NCBI RefSeq assembly: GCF_022985615.1
Contig: NZ_CP094965.1
Location: 124,327 to 156,326 of the forward strand
Origin: Candidatus Karelsulcia muelleri
GTDB lineage: Bacteria > Bacteroidota > Bacteroidia > Flavobacteriales > Blattabacteriaceae
Reading direction: 5' to 3'
DNA: 32,000 bases
Position 1 is the first letter of the stretch. Every line of letters begins with the position of its first letter. A program made the translations under genes and the position numbers. Under the pieces are notes generated by a model. The model made no database searches. It was not told the origin of the DNA and saw only the letters and a program-made list of their open reading frames with translations. Shown piece after piece: positions 25,642 through 32,000 of this stretch.

Positions 25642-25664
25642 CCAACCTTATTAAAGTTCAATAA
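25622..25664. repeat. 23-bp-period tandem duplication spanning the trxB stop codon
   Basis: ACCTTATTAAAGTTCAATAA occurs at 25622-25641 (ending with the trxB TAA) and again at 25645-25664, 20/20 identical. Confidence 0.95.
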
Positions 25665-25669
25665 AGAAT

Positions 25670-25722
25670 ATAAAAGAAAAAATAAAAGAAAAAATAAATA
25701 TTAGATACTTTATTAGATACTT
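25670..25722. repeat. two adjacent 12-bp tandem duplications
   Basis: ATAAAAGAAAAA x2 at 25670-25693; TATTAGATACTT x2 at 25699-25722. Confidence 0.9.
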
Positions 25723-25750
25723 AGAAGTTTTCTTTTCTTATCATGGATTA

Positions 25751-25849
25751 AGTACAAACAAACAAACATAACAAAGTACAAATAAACAAACAAACATAAC
25801 ATAACATAACATAAGTAAGTAAGTACAAACAAGTAAGTAAAGTACAAAC
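25751..25849. repeat. compound microsatellite block
   Basis: AGTACAAAC-type words recur 4 times. (ACAA)n runs are present, with CATAA x4 at 25795-25814 and GTAA x2.75 at 25815-25825. Confidence 0.85.
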
Positions 25850-25921
25850 ATTATTTACATTTTTAATTCTTTTATTATTTACATTTTTAATTCTTTTATT
25901 ATTTACATTTTTAATTCTTTT
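25850..25921. repeat. 24-bp perfect tandem repeat x3
   Basis: ATTATTTACATTTTTAATTCTTTT occurs at 25850-25873, 25874-25897 and 25898-25921, all identical. Confidence 0.96.
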
Positions 25922-25934
25922 TTCTTTTACAAAT

Positions 25935-26145
25935 AGCAGTTAGCTGCTAATCAGCAGTTAGCTGCTTATCAGCAGTTAGCAGCAGTTAGTTAGCAGCAGT
26001 TAGCTGCTAATCAGCAGTTAGCAGCAGTTAGTTAGCAGCAGTTAGCTGCTAATCAGCAGTTAGTTAGCAATCGTTAGCTAATGCTAATCAATCAATCAGC
26101 AAGCAGTTTGCTAATCAATCAATCAGTTAGTTAGCTAATGCTAAG
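25935..26145. repeat. GC-enriched modular palindromic repeat array (higher-order 42-bp unit)
   Basis: The modules are A=AGCAGTTAGCTGCTAATC (18), B=AGCAGTTAGC (10) and C=AGCAGTTAGTTAGC (14). They occur in the order A-A'-B-C-A-B-C-A-C (25935-26068). A degenerate tail (26069-26145) has GCTAATCAATCAATCAG x2 and TTAGCTAATGCTAA x2. The modules are built from the inverted words TTAGC/GCTAA and AGCAG/CTGCT. Confidence 0.93.
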
Positions 26146-26262
26146 TTTTAATAAGTATTTCTTAAAAAAGATATTTATTATTTTATTATTTATTACTTTT
26201 ATATTAAAAAAAGTTTTTTAGCGATTATTAATAAATTGTTGTAAACTAGGATCTTTATTAGG

Positions 26263-26322
26263 ACTTACTTACTTGTGTTTACAGTAACTTGTTTTTACAG
26301 TAACTTACTTGTGTTTACAGTA
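26263..26322. repeat. 16-bp tandem repeat x3 with ACTT micro-expansions
   Basis: ACTTGTGTTTACAGTA (26271-26286), ACTTGTTTTTACAGTA (26287-26302) and ACTTGTGTTTACAGTA (26307-26322), flanked by extra ACTT units. Confidence 0.9.
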
Positions 26323-26582
26323 AATTGCCTTCATTTTATTCCAAAGTATTTTTTTTAAAAGCTATTATTTTAAATAAATTCTTAAAAAGATCTCTTTTTT
26401 AAATTATTATTTTTTAATTATTAATTATTAGAAAGTTTATTTCTATTTCTTATATAAGAAGAGAAAATATATAGAAATAATTCTGATAATAAGATAAAAT
26501 ATCAATAAACAATTGTAAATAACATTTTTTGTTTTCTTTATAATATTTTTTTCTTTTTCTTTATCTTTTCGTTTCATTTATC

Positions 26583-27617
26583 TTATGGTCTTAATTTTCG
26601 TATTAATTCTCCAACTTTCCATAATTCACTATTTTTTAATTCCTTTAATTCTTTCTTTAAAATCTCTCTATAATTACTTTTACTATTTAATGAAATAGTT
26701 CGTTCTGCCTCTTTTCCAGAAGACACGTCTTTATAAAGTTCTCTAAATAAAGAAATATTAGTGTCTCTAAATTTTTTCCACCAATCTAAAGCACCTCTTT
26801 GAGCAGTAGTAGAGCAATTTTCATACATCCAATCCATTCCTTTTTCTGCTATTAAAGGCATAAGACTTTGAGTAAGCTCTTCTACTGTTTCATTAAAGGC
26901 TTCAGAAGGTGAGTGACCATTCTCTCTTAAAACTTGGTATTGTGCTGAAAATAACCCTTGAATAGCTCCCATTAATGTTCCTCTTTCACCTGTTAAATCT
27001 GAAAACACTTCTTTTTTAAAAGTTGTTTTAAATAAAAAAGCAGAACCTATACCTATACCAATTGCTAAAGCTCTTTTTTTAGCTTTCCCAGTATAATTTT
27101 GATATATTGCATAACTAGAATTTAGTCCTTTTCCTTCTTTAAATAATCTTCTCAAAGATGTTCCTGAACCTTTAGGTGCAACAAGAAAAATATCAATTTC
27201 CTTTGGTGGTAATATTTTCGTTTTTTTATTGAATGTTAATCCAAAACCATGAGAAAAATATAAAGCTTTTCCTGGGCAAAGAAATTTTTTAATTTTTGGC
27301 CAAACCTCAATCTGACCAGCATCAGATAATAAAAACATAATGATACTTCCTTTATCTGCTGCTTCTTCTATTTCGAATAGAGTTTCATTAGCTATCCATC
27401 CATCTTTTAAAGCTTTTTGCCACGATTTTGAATTTTTTCTTTGGCCTACTATTACATTGAACCCATTATCTCTTAAATTTAATGCTTGACCAGGTCCTTG
27501 TACACCATATCCTATCACTGATATTATTTCATTTGATAATATTTTTCTGGCTTTACTTAAACTAAAGTCCTTTTTAGTTATAATTTCTTCTTCTATTTCT
27601 CCAATTTTCAACTTCAT
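26583..27617 (-). CDS. ilvC: ketol-acid reductoisomerase
   Basis: 344 aa. GYGVQGPGQALNLRDNG, the class I KARI core (SHGF, LVAPKG.G...R), ERG.L.G and CSTTA..GA match KARI. Confidence 0.95.
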   Translation of the reverse strand: MKLKIGEIEEEIITKKDFSLSKARKILSNEIISVIGYGVQGPGQALNLRDNGFNVIVGQRKNSKSWQKALKDGWIANETLFEIEEAADKGSIIMFLLSDAGQIEVWPKIKKFLCPGKALYFSHGFGLTFNKKTKILPPKEIDIFLVAPKGSGTSLRRLFKEGKGLNSSYAIYQNYTGKAKKRALAIGIGIGSAFLFKTTFKKEVFSDLTGERGTLMGAIQGLFSAQYQVLRENGHSPSEAFNETVEELTQSLMPLIAEKGMDWMYENCSTTAQRGALDWWKKFRDTNISLFRELYKDVSSGKEAERTISLNSKSNYREILKKELKELKNSELWKVGELIRKLRP

Positions 27618-27806
27618 TTATTTAATGCTTTATTTATATTATATAGAATATAATAATAGAATATATAATATAATATAATATAATTAATTATCTAATTAAT
27701 TAGATATTATATATAATATTAAGAGAATATAATATAATATTATCTTATCTAAGATTCTAGAATATAGAATAAAATAATCTAATTACTTTGATAGATACTA
27801 TAATGC

Positions 27807-28267
27807 ATAGCATTATTGACAATAATAAATAAATAATAGCATTTATTATTTATTATTATGAGGATTGATTATTTATGATATGATAATAAATAATAAATAA
27901 TAGCATTTATTATTTATTAGGATGAGGATTGATTATATGATAATAACTAATAAATAATAGCATTTATTATTTATTAGGATGAGGATGAGAATAAATAATA
28001 GCATTTATTACAAGAATAAATAGCATTTATTATTTATTAGGATGATATGATAATAAATAATAGCATTTATTACAAGAAATAATAAATAGCATTTATTTAT
28101 TATAATTAATTATGAATTTAATATTATTATTATGATTAATTATATTATTATTATTATTATTAATTATTAATTATGATATTTATGATATGATTTACAATAC
28201 AATACAATAATAAATAAATAGCATTAATTATGATATTTAGGATTTACAATAATAAATAGCATTTATT
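27807..28267. repeat. array of ~10 copies of an AATAAATA(AT)AGCATTTATT-type unit running from the ilvC upstream region into the 3' end of ilvN
   Basis: The core ATAGCATT starts at about 27807, 27836, 27900, 27957, 27998, 28020, 28060, 28086, 28218 and 28256. The first three long units (~57-64 bp) also share TTAGGATGAGGATTGATTAT. The last copy encodes the INAIYY C-terminus of ilvN. Confidence 0.9.
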
Positions 28268-28473
28268 CCTATAATTTTAAATAATCGTATAATTATTTTT
28301 AAGATGTTTTCTACTACACATTCAATCTCTAGTATACAGAAAACTTTATCGTCTTTTTTAAAAGATATATTTTTTTTTATTTCTAAATTAATTTTATTAA
28401 AAATCATAACTATTCTCTGATTAAAATCAGAAGTATTTTCTGAAAAAATATATAAACTTATTTTTTTTTTCAT
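28237..28473 (-). CDS. ilvN: acetolactate synthase small (regulatory) subunit, reduced to a single ACT-like domain
   Basis: 78 aa. The position immediately downstream of ilvB (6-nt gap) fits. ISLYIFSENTSDFNQRIVMIFNKINLEI resembles the ACT-domain start (L.+.VEN..GVL.R+.GLF.RR.+NI.S+). It is far shorter than typical IlvH. Its last codons lie in a repeat copy. Confidence 0.55.
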   Translation of the reverse strand: MKKKISLYIFSENTSDFNQRIVMIFNKINLEIKKNISFKKDDKVFCILEIECVVENILKIIIRLFKIIGINAIYYCKS

Positions 28474-28479
28474 TTTTTC

Positions 28480-30159
28480 TTAAAAACATATTTTTGATAC
28501 TGATTTTTCAGTCGGTATCATTGGTAGGGTATTATACTCTTTTTCGACTAAAATTTCTATTAAAAAAACCTCTTTAGATTTTAACATTTTCTTTATATTT
28601 TCTTTTAATTTTTCTTTAACAAATACTTTTTTACTTTTTATGTTATATGCTTTTGAAAGGTTAGTAAAATTTGGATTATATATTTTAGTATTAGAAAATC
28701 TTCTATTAAAGAATAAATCTTGCCATTGTTTTACCATTCCTAAAAAATTATTATTAAGAATTATAATTTTGATAGGTATTTCATATTGCATTATTGTCCC
28801 AAGTTCTTGAATAGTCATTTGAAACCCCCCATCTCCTACTATACATATTACTTGACGTCTTTTAGCACCTATCTTGGCACCAATAGCAGCTGGTAAAGCA
28901 AATCCCATTGTACCTAAACCTCCTGATGTTATTTGACTTTTCAGAGTAGTAAAATTAAAATATCTTGAGGCAGACATTTGATGTTGACCTACATCAGTTA
29001 CTAATATACAATTAGTTTTTTTATATAAATTTATATAATTTATTACTTCTGGCATAGTAATCCCTATTTTGTTTTTTATAAATTCTTTTTCTTTTACATA
29101 TTTCCTTTCTACTTTCTTTAATAAGTTAAAGGTTTTTACCCATTTTTCTGTGCTATTGGTTTTAAAGTTTTTAATTAAATAATTTAAATTATGTTTTAAA
29201 TTTCCTAGTAAATAAATAGTAGGTTTTAGTCTTTTGTTAATTTCGTAATTATCTATATCTATATGTATGATTAGAGTTTTTGGGGAAATTGTTTTTATAT
29301 TTCCTATAAGTCTATCATCAAAACGTAAACCTATTGCAATTATTAAATCAGATTTTAAAATTAAAATATTATTTTGGTAATTTCCATGCATTCCTAACAT
29401 ACCATAGTTCAAATTATGGTTGGTCTTTAAAATTCCCATACCTAATAAAGTACTAGCTACTGGTATGTTGGTCTTTTCTGCAAATTGTTTTAATTGATTT
29501 TCTGCATTTGCTAGTTTTACTCCTTGTCCAATTATTATTATTGGTTTACGGGCTTTTTTAATTGTTTTAATTACCTTTTGTAATTCTTTTTTATTAATTT
29601 TATTTTGTGTTTTTAGATTTGTTTTGGTTTTGGGTGGAAATATTATTACTTGGTTTAGTTGTTGAACCTGGGTATTTTTTGTTATATCTATTAATATAGG
29701 ACCTGGTCTACCATTTGTGGCTAGGTTTAAACCTTTAGATATTACTTCGAATATTTGATCTGGTTTAGTTATTTGAAAATTCCATTTTGTCACTGGTATT
29801 GATATGTCTATTATATCTATTTCTTGAAAGGCATCTGTTCCTAATAAATTTGAAGAAACTTGACCAGTTATACATAATAATGGAGTACTATCAATTAGAG
29901 CATCGGCTAAACCAGTAATTAGATTACTGGATCCGGGACCTGATGTAGATAAACAAATACCTGGTTTTCCAGTTACTCTAGCATACCCTTGGGCTGCATG
30001 AATTGATCCTTGTTCATGACGAGTTAATATGTGTTTTATTTGTTTTTTGTAAGTGAACAAGGAATCATATATTGGCATTACTGCACCACCTGGATAACCA
30101 AAAATAAATTTTACCTTATTATAAATTAAAGTTTTAACTATAATTTCAGCCCCTGTCAT
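28480..30159 (-). CDS. ilvB: acetolactate synthase, large (catalytic) subunit
   Basis: 559 aa. GAEIIVKTL......FGYPGGAVMPIYD, TRHEQGSIHAAQGYARVTGKPG.CL.TSGPG..NL.TG.ADA..DS.PL, and the ThDP motif GDGGFQM..QEL.T......P.KI..LNN..LGMV.QWQ match ALS. Confidence 0.95.
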   Translation of the reverse strand: MTGAEIIVKTLIYNKVKFIFGYPGGAVMPIYDSLFTYKKQIKHILTRHEQGSIHAAQGYARVTGKPGICLSTSGPGSSNLITGLADALIDSTPLLCITGQVSSNLLGTDAFQEIDIIDISIPVTKWNFQITKPDQIFEVISKGLNLATNGRPGPILIDITKNTQVQQLNQVIIFPPKTKTNLKTQNKINKKELQKVIKTIKKARKPIIIIGQGVKLANAENQLKQFAEKTNIPVASTLLGMGILKTNHNLNYGMLGMHGNYQNNILILKSDLIIAIGLRFDDRLIGNIKTISPKTLIIHIDIDNYEINKRLKPTIYLLGNLKHNLNYLIKNFKTNSTEKWVKTFNLLKKVERKYVKEKEFIKNKIGITMPEVINYINLYKKTNCILVTDVGQHQMSASRYFNFTTLKSQITSGGLGTMGFALPAAIGAKIGAKRRQVICIVGDGGFQMTIQELGTIMQYEIPIKIIILNNNFLGMVKQWQDLFFNRRFSNTKIYNPNFTNLSKAYNIKSKKVFVKEKLKENIKKMLKSKEVFLIEILVEKEYNTLPMIPTEKSVSKICF

Positions 30160-31999
30160 TTATATTCTCTGTAATACACCCTTCAGAAGCTGAGTCATTT
30201 ATATTCTCTGTAATACACCCTTCAGAAGCTGAGTCATTTATATTCTCTGTAATACACCCTTCAGAAGCTGAGTCATTTATATTCTCTGTAATACACCCTT
30301 CAGAAGCTGAGTCATTTATATTCTCTGTAATACACCCTTCAGAAGCTGAAGATACTAATTTGGAATATTTAGATAAATAGCCTGAATTTGAATTATTCTT
30401 TGGTCTTTTATATTCTTTTTTTCTATTTAGTAAATCTTTTTTGGAGATTTTTAATGTTATTCGATTTTTTATAGCATCTATCTTTATTATATCTTTTTCT
30501 TGTATTAGTGCAATTACTCCACCAATTTGTGCTTCGGGTGTTATATGACCAACTACAAAACCATGAGTTCCACCTGAGAATCTGCCATCGGTTATTAAAG
30601 CAACTTTATTTCCTAATCCGGCTCCCATAATATATGAAGTAGGTTTTAACATTTCAGGCATTCCTGGACTTCCTTTGGGTCCAACATATCTGATTACTAT
30701 AACATCTCCAGATTTAATCTTATTATTTAATATTGCCTTATTGGCTTCTATTTCGGAATCAAATACTTTAGCTCTTCCAGAAAAGCAATGTCCTTCTTTT
30801 CCTGAAATTTTAGCTACGGCTCCTTTAGGTGCAATATTACCGTATAATATACGAATATGTCCTTTATTTTGTATTGGTTTGTATAATGTTGAAATTACTT
30901 TTTGATTCGAAAAAGATATATTGGGTATACCTTCTAAATTTTCTTTTATTTTTTTTCCTGTCACAGTTAAGCACTCACCATTTAGTAAGCCTTCATTTAG
31001 CAAGTATTTCATTATAATAGGAGTCCCTCCAATTGTTTCTATATCTTCCATTAAATACTTACCACTCGGTTTAAGATTCCCTATTATTGGAACATTTTCA
31101 GTAAGCTCTTTTATATTATCAATATTAAATTTGATTTTGGCTGTTTTACATATTGCTAATATATGTAATACTAAGTTAGTTGAACCGCCTAAAGCAATAG
31201 CAACTGTAATTGCATTTTTTATGGAATTTTTAGTAATTATTTTTTTAGTATTTATATTTTTTTTTAATAATTCTTTCATATAATAACCTATTTTCTTACA
31301 TTCATATTTTTTATTTATATTATTAGCTAAACAAGAAGAAGAAAAAGGTAATGTCATTCCTAAGGCTTCTAAGCTTGTGGCAACTGTGTTAGCTGTATAC
31401 ATTCCACCACAAGCTCCAGGACCTGGACAAGCATTTTTTATTATGTTTTGGTATTCTGAATTTGAGATTTGGCCTATATTTTTTTGGCCTAATGCCTCAA
31501 ATGCTGAGACAATATTTAATTTTTTTCCTTGGTATTTTCCTGATTCTATGCTACCACCATAAATTATTATTGCTGGTCTTTCTGTTCTTATTATACCCAT
31601 CAACACTCCTGGTATATTCTTATCGCAGCCTGGTATTCCAATTATACCATCATAATGTTGAGCTTTTACTACACTTTCTATACTATCTGCTATTATCTCT
31701 CTAGATGGCAAAGAATATTTCATACCTTCTGTACCCATTGTCATTCCATCACTTACTCCAATTGTATTAAACTGAAATCCAATCATATTATTTTTATTTA
31801 TTGATTTTTTTGCTTCTTTAGATAAAAGATTAAGATGCATATTACATGGGTTCCCCTCATACCAATTGCTTACTACTCCTATTTGTGGTTTATATAAATC
31901 TTTTGCTTTGATTCCTGTGGCATATAACATAGCCCTGTAAGCTGGTAATTCATCACTCTTGATTAAATGAGAACTATAGGTAGTATTTATTATAGCCAC
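30146..31999 (-). CDS. ilvD: dihydroxy-acid dehydratase with a 5x tandem 13-aa C-terminal repeat; the start lies at or beyond the window edge
   Basis: 617-aa ORF. GNPCNMHL, VSDGMTMGTEGMKYSLPSREIIADSIE, GIPGCDKN.PG, CPGPGACGGMYTANT, LITDGRFSGGTHGFVVGHI.PEA and SSASEGCIT are IlvD/Edd signatures. The GTG at 31997-31999 may or may not be the true start. The C-terminus carries SASEGCITENIND x5. Confidence 0.95.
   Translation of the reverse strand: MAIINTTYSSHLIKSDELPAYRAMLYATGIKAKDLYKPQIGVVSNWYEGNPCNMHLNLLSKEAKKSINKNNMIGFQFNTIGVSDGMTMGTEGMKYSLPSREIIADSIESVVKAQHYDGIIGIPGCDKNIPGVLMGIIRTERPAIIIYGGSIESGKYQGKKLNIVSAFEALGQKNIGQISNSEYQNIIKNACPGPGACGGMYTANTVATSLEALGMTLPFSSSCLANNINKKYECKKIGYYMKELLKKNINTKKIITKNSIKNAITVAIALGGSTNLVLHILAICKTAKIKFNIDNIKELTENVPIIGNLKPSGKYLMEDIETIGGTPIIMKYLLNEGLLNGECLTVTGKKIKENLEGIPNISFSNQKVISTLYKPIQNKGHIRILYGNIAPKGAVAKISGKEGHCFSGRAKVFDSEIEANKAILNNKIKSGDVIVIRYVGPKGSPGMPEMLKPTSYIMGAGLGNKVALITDGRFSGGTHGFVVGHITPEAQIGGVIALIQEKDIIKIDAIKNRITLKISKKDLLNRKKEYKRPKNNSNSGYLSKYSKLVSSASEGCITENINDSASEGCITENINDSASEGCITENINDSASEGCITENINDSASEGCITENINDRG
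30156..30350. repeat. 39-bp tandem repeat x5 across the ilvD 3' end / ilvB start overlap
   Basis: TCATTTATATTCTCTGTAATACACCCTTCAGAAGCTGAG occurs at 30156, 30195, 30234, 30273 and 30312. Four copies are identical, and the fifth differs only at its last base (30350). Confidence 0.97.
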
Positions 32000-32000
32000 A

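Noticed and set aside
25935-26145. tmRNA, small RNA gene or CRISPR-like array, suggested by TTAGCTGCT (L-A-A) words and hairpins
   Set aside because: There are no tRNA-like 5'/3' ends and no GCTGCTTAA tag terminus. The modules are contiguous with no unique spacers. It is kept as an unexplained repeat array, not as an RNA-gene call.
25642-26582. Replication origin
   Set aside because: I could find no DnaA-box-like 9-mers (TTATCCACA or its complement), and there are no dnaA or dnaN neighbours. Only the repeat and AT-rich character is suggestive. It is left as a question to test with skew and coverage data.
27691-27704. Perfect 14-bp palindrome TCTAATTAATTAGA about 75-87 nt upstream of ilvC, as a possible operator
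   Set aside because: It is made up almost entirely of A/T in a very AT-rich spacer, where such dyads arise easily by chance. No second copy or known regulator motif was recognised.
27807-28267. Possible CRISPR array (regularly recurring ~17-bp motif)
   Set aside because: The repeat units are short, AT-rich and unevenly spaced (22-132 bp). The sequences between them are themselves repeated rather than unique. No cas genes or leader are present, and the last copy is coding sequence of ilvN.
30675-31704. Five plus-strand ORFs (61-120 aa) inside ilvD
   Set aside because: All are antisense to the strongly conserved ilvD, and none has a recognisable motif.
1-32000. Mobile elements, prophage, defence or toxin-antitoxin systems
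   Set aside because: No transposase, integrase, phage or defence-like ORFs are present. All repeats are local tandem copies rather than dispersed elements with terminal inverted repeats.

Overview
This window is very AT-rich by eye and almost entirely coding. It looks like a tiny-genome Bacteroidota (Flavobacteriales-type, Sulcia-like) insect endosymbiont; the taxon is inferred from protein sequences and gene order, not from a search. Left to right it holds: pnp (partial) and rpsO; rpmE; tsaD; then one long plus-strand ribosomal cluster (rpsL-rpsG-fusA, the S10 and spc blocks, a broken infA, rpmJ-rpsM-rpsK-rpsD-rpoA-rplQ) followed by rsmH and RNase P RNA (rnpB). Next come mutL, lysS and tRNA-Arg(ACG) on the minus strand, pdhA plus an E2 acyltransferase, a small HsdR_N/PD-(D/E)xK-like gene, a stop-riddled holA, and trxB. 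A 940-bp non-coding spacer follows, then the branched-chain amino-acid genes ilvC, ilvN (minimal), ilvB and ilvD on the minus strand. rpmC, rpmD and secY/map are absent from their canonical slots. The most unusual signal is not a gene cassette. It is a dense set of perfect short tandem duplications, about 20 loci with periods from 3 to 52 bp, sitting mostly on gene ends. They copy stop codons (rpsG, rplV, trxB), a tRNA 3' end, the 5' domain of rnpB together with the rsmH stop, and the ilvD/ilvB overlap junction (39 bp x5). Two intergenic regions (trxB-ilvC and ilvC-ilvN) are filled with multi-family repeat arrays. Repeats wholly inside CDSs all have periods divisible by 3, whereas those at boundaries or in non-coding DNA do not. 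The co-resident mutL keeps its ATPase motifs, but I cannot find the endonuclease motifs in its C-terminal domain. No mobile elements, CRISPR arrays, rRNA genes or defence systems are visible.
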